Shown: positions 9,988 through 19,332, counted from the first letter of the stretch. The stretch is DNA of 64,000 nucleotides from an uncultured Peptococcaceae bacterium (GCA_964637365.1 CAZWWH010000001.1:132269-196268); one strand, 5' to 3'. Program-made: numbers and translations. Notes: a model not told the origin generated them from the sequence alone.

Positions 9988-11466
9988 TTGAGAAAAGTAA
10001 TGAATGAATCGCTGCTGCTGGATATCATTGAGCATTTTCATGCCGCAGTCTACATTGTGGATAAAGACGGAAATATGGAATACCTAAACAGTGCAGCCAA
10101 ACGCATGGACCGCCTTACCGATAATGTCATTGGCAAAAACTTATCGGAAATTTATTACAATACAGTTTTCCAGGAAGGCATGAACTCCCCCTGCTTAGAC
10201 ACCCTCAAAACAGGAAATGCCCACATTTACGAAAATTTAGAGTGGTATCTCAAAGACGGTACTACGGTCAACGCCATTACCAGCACTTATCCCATTATCA
10301 AGGAGGGAGAAATCCAGGGTGTATTTGCCCTGTCCGAAGATGTCAATCAATTAAAAAAGTTCCTGATAAAAAATGGTGCTTTCAAACAGAAATTGTCCTA
10401 CCGTTTCCGCAATAAGACCATGAAAAACGGTACTCAATATGTGTTCAACGATATCATTGGGGAAAGCGAATTGATGAAAAATACCATTATGATGGCTCGG
10501 CGGTTTGCCGCCAAAAAGCTGCCGGTAATGATATACGGCGAAACCGGTACCGGTAAAGAAATGTTCGCACAGAGCATCCATAATGCCAGCCCCTATGTGG
10601 CCGGGCCTTTTATTCCCATCAACTGCGCGGCCATTCCCGAAAACCTGCTGGAAAGTATGCTTTTCGGCACTGTCAAAGGAGCCTTTACCGGCGCCCTGGA
10701 CCATGCTGGACTTTTTGAAAAGGCCGAGGGCGGTTCCGTGTTTCTCGACGAAATCAACTCCATGCCCATGTTGCTCCAAGCAAAGATCCTCAGGGTTCTC
10801 CAAGAAAAGGAAGTGCAGCGCATTGGCGATAGTAAAACACGAAAAATCAACTGCCGCATCATTAGCGCTACCAATCAATTACCCACTGAAGCCATCCGCT
10901 CTAACAGCCTGCGTGAGGATTTATTTTACCGTTTATCCACCGGCATGGTCTGGATTCCTTCCTTGAAAGAACGCAGCGAAGATATCTCCCTTTTGGTAGA
11001 TTATTTTATGGAAAAGGCCAATGCGGAATTGGATACCACCATCCTCTCCATTTCACCAGAGCTGGACCATTTGTTCCATGCCTATGACTGGCCGGGTAAT
11101 ATCAGGGAACTGTCCAATGCCATAGAAAGCGCCATGAACATGACGCTGGATGGGGAAACCGTACTGGACCTGCGACATCTACCCACTTACTTAAAGCGGC
11201 ACTTTAGCACGGAATTGATGGGAATGCCCAATGCAGAGGAGGTCTTCTCCGTACGAAACGAGTCCATGGACAACCCTGCGCCCATGCTCCACCTTCATGG
11301 CAATATCAATGAAATGGTAGACGCTTACGAAAAAGAGCTGATTCAATTCGCTTTACGCGCTACTAGGGGCAACCTTTCCAAGGCTGGGGAAAAACTGGGA
11401 ATCTCTCGCCAAAGCCTTTCTGTAAAACTGAAAAAGCATTGCATTGATGCAAAAACTTTTAAATAA
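9988..11466 (+). CDS. sigma-54-dependent transcriptional activator (PAS - AAA+ - HTH), paralog of 6595-8082
   Basis: the same motif set (GETGTGKEMFAQSIHNAS, GAFTGA) and about 65% identity to the first activator; likely TTG start at 9988 (GGAGG 7 nt upstream) or ATG at 10000. Confidence 0.85.
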   Translation: MRKVMNESLLLDIIEHFHAAVYIVDKDGNMEYLNSAAKRMDRLTDNVIGKNLSEIYYNTVFQEGMNSPCLDTLKTGNAHIYENLEWYLKDGTTVNAITSTYPIIKEGEIQGVFALSEDVNQLKKFLIKNGAFKQKLSYRFRNKTMKNGTQYVFNDIIGESELMKNTIMMARRFAAKKLPVMIYGETGTGKEMFAQSIHNASPYVAGPFIPINCAAIPENLLESMLFGTVKGAFTGALDHAGLFEKAEGGSVFLDEINSMPMLLQAKILRVLQEKEVQRIGDSKTRKINCRIISATNQLPTEAIRSNSLREDLFYRLSTGMVWIPSLKERSEDISLLVDYFMEKANAELDTTILSISPELDHLFHAYDWPGNIRELSNAIESAMNMTLDGETVLDLRHLPTYLKRHFSTELMGMPNAEEVFSVRNESMDNPAPMLHLHGNINEMVDAYEKELIQFALRATRGNLSKAGEKLGISRQSLSVKLKKHCIDAKTFK

Positions 11467-11545
11467 TAAAGAATCAACGGCTATAGGCCCCAAATCATCA
11501 GTATTCGATCCTCTCATTCAAATATTTTTATCACATGATAGTTTT

Positions 11546-11561
11546 TGGCATAAAATTTGCA
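11546..11561 (+). promoter_or_regulatory. sigma-54 (-24/-12) promoter upstream of the MFS transporter gene
   Basis: TGGCAT-AAAAT-TTGCA (GG-N10-GC spacing preserved) about 190 nt upstream of the ATG at 11754. Confidence 0.6.
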
Positions 11562-11753
11562 ATATTATATTGACAAATGTCGTGAACAATAAAAAAATCG
11601 TCTGTCGTGAACCATGCAATTATTCCAAATTCGTTTTATCATCTTTTCAAAACGACTCAGAAAACGGGAATCAATGAAACATTTTCATACAACTGAATAA
11701 TGAATTTTCATCTTAATTTGGACTTCTTAATAAAGAATTAGGAGGCATATTTT

Positions 11754-13013
11754 ATGAGTAAAAAAGGATTAAACCGCTGGTTTGTTTTATTCATCTTATC
11801 TCTGGCCTGCGGGCTGATTTATCAACTGCCCTACCTTCGTTATAGCTATTATGATTCCATGATCGTTGCCTTTAACGTCACCAATACCCAGTTGGGGACT
11901 TTCATGACTGCCTTTGGTCTTGGTTCTCTCGTATGCTATCTCATCGGCGGCGTACTGGCCATGAAGTTTTCCGATAAAGCCTTGCTTCCCTTAGGACAAA
12001 TTCTCACAGGGGCTGCGGGACTCTGGTTTGCAACCTTTCCTTCTTACGGCATCTGCCTGTTCATCAGTTTCTTCTGGGCCTTTTCCACTTCTCTGATTTT
12101 CTGGCCCGCAGTTATCAATTTTGTCCGCGGCATGGGCGACTCCAAAGAACAAGGACGTCTATATGGTCTTTTTGAAGGGCTCCGCGGCATCACCGCCACC
12201 ATCATTGGTCTCGGCATTGTAGCGCTTTTCAACGGCGCCTTAAGTGAAACCGCGGGACTCCGCACCGTAATCCTGGCCTATGCCATCATCAATATCGTTC
12301 TTGGGATTATCACCTTCTTTGTAGTACCCAACAACAAAGAGGAAAAGAAAGCACTCAGTGCTGCCAGTGGCGAACAACTATCTCTTGGAGCGGGGTTTAT
12401 GAAAGCCCTGAAGCTCCCCATTACCTGGATTGCTTCGGGCATCGTGTTCTGCACCATGATGGTATTTGACTGTCTCGGTTATACCACGCCTTATCTCACC
12501 GGCGTGATGGGCGCCACCGTTGTATTTGCCGCCACCTTCGGCACCATCCGCACCTGGGGGCTTCAAATTGTCGGCGGTACCTGCGGCGGTATCATTGCCG
12601 ATAAAATCGGTTCCTCTGCCAAAACCCTGATCGGCGCTTTCGTCGTCATCGGCATAGGATTTGCCGCTTTGGCCTTGCTTCCTGCCGGCTCCTTCTGGGT
12701 TGCCACTATTTTGATCCTGGTGTTTGGTATCGCGATTTACGTCAACCGCGGCGTTTACTTCGCGGTTCTGGACGAAGCCAAAGTCCCTGCCAGCATCAAC
12801 GCTGCTGTGGTCGGCATCGTATCCGCCATTGGCTTTACCCCTGATGCTTTCATTTACACTGTCATCGGCTATTGGCTTGACAAATATCCCGGCGCCACCG
12901 GATATCAAATCACCTTTTGGTGCGGCACCATCTGCGCTGCAGTCGGGGTAATTCTCTCCATTATCGCAGTAAAAGTAATTAAAAACAACAAATCCAAAGT
13001 TACATCCGAGTAA
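11754..13013 (+). CDS. MFS transporter
   Basis: 419 aa, 12 predicted TM segments, two MFS-like halves; GGAGG RBS. Confidence 0.75.
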   Translation: MSKKGLNRWFVLFILSLACGLIYQLPYLRYSYYDSMIVAFNVTNTQLGTFMTAFGLGSLVCYLIGGVLAMKFSDKALLPLGQILTGAAGLWFATFPSYGICLFISFFWAFSTSLIFWPAVINFVRGMGDSKEQGRLYGLFEGLRGITATIIGLGIVALFNGALSETAGLRTVILAYAIINIVLGIITFFVVPNNKEEKKALSAASGEQLSLGAGFMKALKLPITWIASGIVFCTMMVFDCLGYTTPYLTGVMGATVVFAATFGTIRTWGLQIVGGTCGGIIADKIGSSAKTLIGAFVVIGIGFAALALLPAGSFWVATILILVFGIAIYVNRGVYFAVLDEAKVPASINAAVVGIVSAIGFTPDAFIYTVIGYWLDKYPGATGYQITFWCGTICAAVGVILSIIAVKVIKNNKSKVTSE

Positions 13014-13096
13014 CACTCATCGAAGCGACATTTTCTTTGCCCAAAAATCTGTTTCTACTTAGCAAAAAAATAACAACCTTCCCATATGTTCTCTTC

Positions 13097-13135
13097 AAAA
13101 AAAAGCCATTGGAATTTTCTCCAATGGCTTTTTCT
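13097..13135. terminator. bidirectional rho-independent terminator
   Basis: AAAAAGCCATTGGA-attttc-TCCAATGGCTTTTT, perfect 11-bp stem flanked by A/T runs. Confidence 0.75.
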
Positions 13136-13136
13136 T

Positions 13137-13868
13137 CTATGGTATTTGCTTTTCTTTCGTATGGTAATCAATATTCGCTTTTCGGGCCTGGGAACAAAGG
13201 TCTTTCACTCCTAAAGTATACTGTTTGCCGTCTTTGATAAAATGGGTACCGCATTGGCGAAATTCAAAGGAAACCCCGTGGGCCATACATTGTTCTCGAA
13301 TACCCAGCACCCAATCGTAATGAAGGGGCCGGGCAAATCGGTCCGACTCTCCTCCCACTACCACAAGGTCGATGCCATCCAGAAACGATTCCAGATTCAC
13401 GGCGCCAATCAAGGGCTGGCAGATAATATTTCTATGTTTGATAGGCAAGGAGGAAAAAATGGAAAGCCGTTCCACGGCTTTGGCCTGATTTTCCACAGTG
13501 CAGCCCACGGTCACATTATCGTAGCCATCCCCCCAGTCCTTGGGAACGCAGTCCATAAAACGATGAATGCGCTTGGTTAGGAAAAGGAAATCTAAATCGG
13601 GGCGTTGTTTCATCATGGCCCAACAGTCATCGCGCCAGGGATCTGCCTCATCCAACAAAAAATCCGAAGAAAAACAAAGATAGACCCGCTGATGGGGCTT
13701 CATTTTATATTGGCCGTTTTTCAATTTTACAATAGGAGCGTCAAACTGAGGGGTTTTTACAATTTGGGAGGTATCAATCTTGCGCTTAGCGTCGCCTTTG
13801 TGAATGTAACAAAACTTGCATCCCTCACTGAAACGGCGGCAGCCCCGCCAAGGATTCCACATTGCCAT
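13137..13868 (-). CDS. phage Gp37/Gp68-family protein (DUF5131)
   Basis: N-terminal MAMWNPWRGCRRFSEGCKFCYIH matches the WNPxxGC…SxGCxxCY signature of the family. Confidence 0.7.
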   Translation of the reverse strand: MAMWNPWRGCRRFSEGCKFCYIHKGDAKRKIDTSQIVKTPQFDAPIVKLKNGQYKMKPHQRVYLCFSSDFLLDEADPWRDDCWAMMKQRPDLDFLFLTKRIHRFMDCVPKDWGDGYDNVTVGCTVENQAKAVERLSIFSSLPIKHRNIICQPLIGAVNLESFLDGIDLVVVGGESDRFARPLHYDWVLGIREQCMAHGVSFEFRQCGTHFIKDGKQYTLGVKDLCSQARKANIDYHTKEKQIP

Positions 13869-14170
13869 AAATATTCCACCCTTCCGCTAGATACCATTAT
13901 AACAATCATCATAGGAAATAGATACCCATCTCAAACAAATTCGGTTTAATTCCTCAGGCGTCCATGACAGAAACAGCCGGAGATGGTATAATAAAAGAAA
14001 CGCAGCGTTGTTTCCATATATATATATTTGAAATCAAAGGTGCTGCTATCGATATCTTTATTTGAGTTTTTATATCAACGCGGTATAAAAGAGAGGTGGT
14101 ATACTGTGAAGCTCTGCATTGTTTAGCCGAAATAGTCTGTGAAACAATACGAAAATATAGGAGGCTTTTC

Positions 14171-14815
14171 ATGGCTATTTCGGGAATAAAAATTTATCCC
14201 CGCACAGAAGATAAAGAAACGATTTACTTAAAAAATGTTATCACAAACCCCAACATAATCGTTGGCGACTACACCATGTACAATGACTTTGTCAATGACC
14301 CAACCTTGTTTGAAAAAAACAATGTATTGTACCATTATCCAGTCAACAATGATAAACTTGTTATCGGTAAGTTTTGCTCCATTGCTTGCGGCACCCGTTT
14401 TCTCTTTAACAGCGCCAATCACGCATTATCTTCATTATCTACTTATCCATTTCCCATATTTTTTGAGGAATGGGGATTGAACGGAAAGGATGTAACCACG
14501 GCCTGGGATCATCAAGGAGACATTATCATAGGAAATGACGTATGGATCGGTTATGAAGCCGTGATTATGGCCGGGGTGACGATTGGAGACGGCGCAGTAA
14601 TCGGCGCCAGGGCATTGGTGACAAAGGACGTCCCTCCATACACCATTGTTGGTGGAATACCCGCTAAGCCCATACGAAAGCGCTTTTCGAAACAAACCAT
14701 TTCCAAACTGACGAAAATAAAGTGGTGGGATTGGTCCCCCCAGAAAATTACCCAAAACATTGATGCCATTCAAGCTGGCGACCTTGAAGCACTCTTGCGG
14801 CAGGTAAATATGTAG
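14171..14815 (+). CDS. vat: Vat-family streptogramin A O-acetyltransferase (xenobiotic acetyltransferase, hexapeptide repeat)
   Basis: YHYPVNNDKLVIGKFCSIACGTRF…NHA…STYPF…GDIIIGNDVWIGYEAVIMAGVTIGDGAVIGA…KIKWWDW motifs characteristic of Vat/Sat proteins; GGAGG RBS before the ATG at 14171 (the ORF track starts upstream at 14096). Confidence 0.8.
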   Translation: MAISGIKIYPRTEDKETIYLKNVITNPNIIVGDYTMYNDFVNDPTLFEKNNVLYHYPVNNDKLVIGKFCSIACGTRFLFNSANHALSSLSTYPFPIFFEEWGLNGKDVTTAWDHQGDIIIGNDVWIGYEAVIMAGVTIGDGAVIGARALVTKDVPPYTIVGGIPAKPIRKRFSKQTISKLTKIKWWDWSPQKITQNIDAIQAGDLEALLRQVNM

Positions 14816-15515
14816 TATGACGCTTTTGCTCCCCCCCTTCTGAGGCGAAAGAGCCCATTTTATTTTAGGACAACATCATCTTTTTGCCGCCCGCAGGAGA
14901 ATTTGTTCATTCCAAGTGATAGATTCACTTGCGGGTGGCTCTCTTTTATGCCTGTTCAAAACGGTTCATGGAAAAAATAAAGTGCGGCGGAACATTATGT
15001 CCGCCGCAAAAGCAATCGATATAAAAATTAAAATATAAGGAGAATTTAGAATCCATATCATAAGTGCACAAATCGCACGAATTTAAGAAAGAAGGGGCAA
15101 ATGCGTAACTTAGGCGAGATAGGCGATTGCCCAACAAAGAAAAAAATAAGGAGTTTGTGTTAAGATTGGCAACTAAATAAAAAAGCCTTGCTTCCGAAGA
15201 ACCAAGGCGATTTTGAGAAATTAAAAATCGCAAACTTCTTACGCGGAAGTTTCCAAATCATCAATGAGGTTTCAGTATCCTGACTTACCTTCAACGTCTT
15301 CCTGCGCCTTCCCGGTTTCCCAGTGGCAAAATGCAGTAGACTCAGAGCTTACAGTGGCGCGACCGTCCGGGATTTAAACCCGATTCCTTCATACCTCAAT
15401 GTAATGTGCTATTCACTTTTGTTGAAGTAATCATAACACATCGAATTGGAAAAATCAAGTACTTTTTTTAAAATCTTGGCATTCCGGTGATTCCAATTTG
15501 TTATCACCAAAACCC

Positions 15516-16943
15516 TCAATTTTGCGATATCAATGCCCCAAGAATCCCCAGAAATAGATCCATGGTAGGCTTTAAGGTGTCCACATGCAGGGTTTCACGG
15601 ACACTATGGGCGTCAGTAATGGTTGGCCCTAAGGAAATAATGTCGAGACCGGGATTTTTTTCGGCAAAATAACCGCACTCCAAACCAGCGTGGATCAATT
15701 CCACACGGATTTCTCTGCCACTCTGACGGAAGTAAACCTCTTTGGCAATATCCAAAATGGGGCTGGGCAACTTCGGTGGCCAAGAGGGATTTTCCGAGTC
15801 CACTATGGAAACCCAACCGCAATCCGCGGCCAACTCCGCTGTTCTTTCTGCCAGACCATGCATGGCCTTACTTTCACTGGCACGATATAAGACCTCCAGA
15901 GTTACACCGTTTTCATCGGTGGAGATTACGCCGAGATTATCGGAAAGCTCCACCAATCCCTCGATTTCCTGGGACATGGAAGCCACACCTTGAGGACACT
16001 GACCCAAAAATGAGGCGATGTTGGCGCTATCCTCTATGGAAAAACCCTGAGTATACTCTTTCATTTCTTTGCAAAGGAAGTAAAAATCCTTTTCCGTATC
16101 GGCAAATTCCTGTTCAAAATCGGTCACTGCGTTTTGAAAGCATTGGGCAAATTGTTCCTTCTGCGAAACCTCCACTACAAGCTTCACCGTAGCGTCGGGA
16201 CAAATGACGTTATGCGCCCGTCCGCCTTGGATGGCAACCAAAGAAAAACCGATCTTTTCATGAATCAGTTGATATAGGAAACGTCCCACTATCGCAATTG
16301 CATTGGGGCGGTGCTCCACAATTTCCACCCCGGAGTGGCCGCCCCTGAGGCCCCTCAAGGTAATTTCATAGCCCGCTCCCTCCATGGGATGAAGCTCACA
16401 TTGCTTTTTATAGATCACTGTCAAACTCCCTGCGCAGCTAACGCACACAGAGCCTTCTTCCTCCCAATCAATGTTAATAAGGTAATCGCCTTGGGTATAT
16501 TGCTCCGCCAGCCCCAACGCACCGCTCATACCGCTTTCCTCATCGGCAGTAAAAATTACCCGCAAAGGTCCGTGAGGTGCATCGCTGTCCAAGAGCGCCA
16601 AAATCATGGCAACGCCGATGCCGTCATCAGCGCCAAGGCTGCTGTTTTGGGCTCTTAATGTTTTTCCGTCATTCACCGTGACAATAGGGCTGGTAAGGGG
16701 GTCGTAAGCAGGGTCCTCACTGACGCATACCATATCGGAATGGGCCTGAACAATGCCAAACGGCGCTGTTTCACAGCCAGGCGTAGCGGGCACCTCAATG
16801 ATAACATTATTGGCGGCATCTCGAAAGGAACGATATCCCAATGCCTCTCCCCGTTTGGCCAAATATTCGGCCACGGCTTTTTCATGCTTTGATTTTCTGG
16901 GAATGAGGTTTAAGGCAGCAAATTCCTTTAAGATTTTTTCCAT
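15516..16943 (-). CDS. pepD: aminoacyl-histidine (Xaa-His) dipeptidase PepD, M20C family
   Basis: HSDMV, GADDGIGVA, DEE metal-binding motifs and about 475 aa length; start taken at the internal ATG with a GAGAGGA RBS. Confidence 0.8.
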   Translation of the reverse strand: MEKILKEFAALNLIPRKSKHEKAVAEYLAKRGEALGYRSFRDAANNVIIEVPATPGCETAPFGIVQAHSDMVCVSEDPAYDPLTSPIVTVNDGKTLRAQNSSLGADDGIGVAMILALLDSDAPHGPLRVIFTADEESGMSGALGLAEQYTQGDYLINIDWEEEGSVCVSCAGSLTVIYKKQCELHPMEGAGYEITLRGLRGGHSGVEIVEHRPNAIAIVGRFLYQLIHEKIGFSLVAIQGGRAHNVICPDATVKLVVEVSQKEQFAQCFQNAVTDFEQEFADTEKDFYFLCKEMKEYTQGFSIEDSANIASFLGQCPQGVASMSQEIEGLVELSDNLGVISTDENGVTLEVLYRASESKAMHGLAERTAELAADCGWVSIVDSENPSWPPKLPSPILDIAKEVYFRQSGREIRVELIHAGLECGYFAEKNPGLDIISLGPTITDAHSVRETLHVDTLKPTMDLFLGILGALISQN

Positions 16944-17172
16944 GATATGTCCTCTCAATGTAATTCAATATTTATTGTAAAAATGAAAGTCCGATGAAAA
17001 GCCTTAAAATCAGAAAAACCTTGGACAACGACTACTAACTGCCAATTTATTGGCAAAGCAAGTCGTCGCAGCTCGGGCCAGACTTTATCGACAGACCCAC
17101 CAAAGCCACGATGACTCGTGGCTTTGGCCTATTTAACGATATAATATGTTATTTTAACACATTTATTTGATG

Positions 17173-18213
17173 TTATTCAACCGCAGATTGACTGAAGTTC
17201 AATCCAATAGAACCGCTTTCACATTCTACCTCCATTTGGTCCGCGGTATTGTTTTTGGAATGCATGGTTCCTTCAATTTTTTTACCATCAATGGAAATAT
17301 CTCCATATTCTGCTTTCAATAGATAACCGTATTCCGCTTCGGCTCCAGTAAGATTTAACGTAATATTACCGTACCCCGCATCAATTTCTGTTTTGCCCCG
17401 TAAATCACCACTGATGTCGGCATCGCCGCTTTCCAAGGAAAGATCCAGACCCTTGGAAGACACCTTCTTCATGGTCAAGCTACCATATTCCACGTCGCAT
17501 TCCAAAGTAGCCAGTTGAGCATTGTCAAAGGTCACTTCACCGCTTTCGGCGTCCAAAATCCAATGATCGGTTCCTTGACATTCCGTGATTTGTACATTGC
17601 CGTATTCTGCGGACATGGTGCTCTTACCCAAACTACATTTTTTCAACACAAGATTACTGCTTTCGGCAGCGATTTCAGCATTTTCCGCTTTCACATTTTC
17701 CAAAGTCAACGCATCACCGTATTCGTTATTCAACACCAAATGATCTGTCGCGAGATCCTTTACCAAAATCTCACCTTCTGCAATGATATTTACCGAAGAA
17801 AATTTTGCATCATTGGGAACTGTTACCGTAATTTTCGCCGAATCATCAATGCCCTCCCCAAACATCATAATGCCATGATAGGAAAATTTATAATGTAGGA
17901 ATAAAGTACCGTCCTTCACTTCATAAGAGGGCTGGCGGTCTTTCAGAAAGTTGGAGCATTGAATGGAATAGCTATCCCCTGGGATAACTTCAACGCTGCC
18001 TAGCTCTGTTGTAATATCAATTGCGGAAAACGCTTCGATCTCCGTTTTATCCATAGTTACAAGGTCTTCTGCTTTATATTCCGTGATTTTTTGGTTCTCG
18101 CTCCAATAAAGGTTCGGAAAACCTCCGGAAATAAATCCCACAGCAGCGATACCGCCGCCGACCACAACAAGTACGATACCGACAATCAAAAGAATCTTTA
18201 CCGGTTTTTTCAT
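17173..18213 (-). CDS. DUF4097-family membrane-anchored beta-helical/adhesin-like protein
   Basis: N-terminal TM anchor, then repetitive beta-strand-rich segments with recurring GD/SG/EYG patterns typical of the DUF4097 'putative adhesin' fold; third gene of the PadR-DUF1700-DUF4097 module. Confidence 0.6.
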   Translation of the reverse strand: MKKPVKILLIVGIVLVVVGGGIAAVGFISGGFPNLYWSENQKITEYKAEDLVTMDKTEIEAFSAIDITTELGSVEVIPGDSYSIQCSNFLKDRQPSYEVKDGTLFLHYKFSYHGIMMFGEGIDDSAKITVTVPNDAKFSSVNIIAEGEILVKDLATDHLVLNNEYGDALTLENVKAENAEIAAESSNLVLKKCSLGKSTMSAEYGNVQITECQGTDHWILDAESGEVTFDNAQLATLECDVEYGSLTMKKVSSKGLDLSLESGDADISGDLRGKTEIDAGYGNITLNLTGAEAEYGYLLKAEYGDISIDGKKIEGTMHSKNNTADQMEVECESGSIGLNFSQSAVE

Positions 18214-18312
18214 ATTTCTTTCCTCCTCTGTTTATGAAAGGCCACCACGCCGCAGACGATGCCGAAAACAGTGGCGAACGCCGTTAAGAAACAGCTAATA
18301 TTTTTCGTTCTC

Positions 18313-18912
18313 TTATTCAACTTCTTGACCATGCTTCCTCCGTTCAATCATAAGGCGGAATAGACGCGCCATCCCGCGGAAAGTTACTTTGGTGAGATAA
18401 TAGGAAAAGAAAAACAATAAAATCCCCGCGCCAATACAACCGATACTGCAGCCGTAATAAGCAACATAATTATAGATGGAATCTGCATGTGCAAAAAATC
18501 CCCAAAAGATACCACCGATTCCCCCGGCCGCTAACGCAATGGATGTGACCCAAAAAGATATTACCACAGAAACAACGGTGATAACCAAAGAGAAAATTAC
18601 AGCGATAATCGCAATGCCTATGGGAAGCGCGATGGGAGAAGCCAATACCGCCAAAATCACCACCCACATGGCTCGGAGTCCCTTTTTCGGTGAAACCGAA
18701 GGTTCTTCCTCCATTTCCTTAACGGCATAGTCAGCGGAAAGCTGCAAAGCGATATCCTTTACGGCCCCCAACTCCGCAATGACCTCATCCTCCCGCTCGG
18801 GCCCGGCTTCAGTCAAATATTCATCATAATATACCAGGGCATTGTCACGTTCCTCCTGAGGAATATGGGATAATTCCCGTTCCAAAGCGGATAAAAACTG
18901 TTCTTTATTCAT
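18313..18912 (-). CDS. DUF1700-family membrane protein
   Basis: N-terminal soluble helical region (MNKEQFLSALERELSHIPQEERDNALVYYDEYL…) followed by 3 TM helices; start overlaps the PadR stop (GGAGGTG RBS). Confidence 0.65.
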   Translation of the reverse strand: MNKEQFLSALERELSHIPQEERDNALVYYDEYLTEAGPEREDEVIAELGAVKDIALQLSADYAVKEMEEEPSVSPKKGLRAMWVVILAVLASPIALPIGIAIIAVIFSLVITVVSVVISFWVTSIALAAGGIGGIFWGFFAHADSIYNYVAYYGCSIGCIGAGILLFFFSYYLTKVTFRGMARLFRLMIERRKHGQEVE

Positions 18913-19225
18913 TGATTTCACCTCCAAACATAATATCTTCCACAGTGGTACGATAATTGATCCATTCCTTACGATATTCCTCCAGCTGCTCACGGCCTTC
19001 ATCGGTAATGGCGTAATAACGGCGGTTCCGTCCCTGGTAAGGTTGGTCATAAGTGGTCAGAAAGCTGTTTTTTTGTAACCGGCGCAGGACTGGATAAAGC
19101 GTGGACTCAGAAATTTCCATTTTTTCCTTCATCCTCTGGGTCAGGATATATCCGTAGGCATCCCCCTGTTCCATAATGGCCAAAACGCAGCTGTCCAATA
19201 AAGCTGCACCAAAAGGAAAGACCAT
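18905..19225 (-). CDS. PadR-family transcriptional regulator
   Basis: 106-aa winged-HTH with the PadR hallmark (GYILTQRM…STLYPVLRRLQKNSFL…RRYYAITDEGRE). Confidence 0.85.
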   Translation of the reverse strand: MVFPFGAALLDSCVLAIMEQGDAYGYILTQRMKEKMEISESTLYPVLRRLQKNSFLTTYDQPYQGRNRRYYAITDEGREQLEEYRKEWINYRTTVEDIMFGGEINE

Positions 19226-19332
19226 ATAATCGCCTCCTTTCTTAATCTATATAATAATATATATTATATAATATAAATTGTCAATCTATATTATAGGATT
19301 TTAATTTTCTTTTAATCATTTCCTAATTTTCC

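Noticed and set aside
15352-15380. Possible tRNA or tmRNA gene (T-arm GGGTTTAAATCCC followed by …GCGCCA on the minus strand)
   Set aside because: No complementary 5' acceptor strand, D-arm or anticodon arm could be found within 90 nt. A tmRNA would have to overlap pepD. Kept only as a tRNA-3'-like fragment in the findings.
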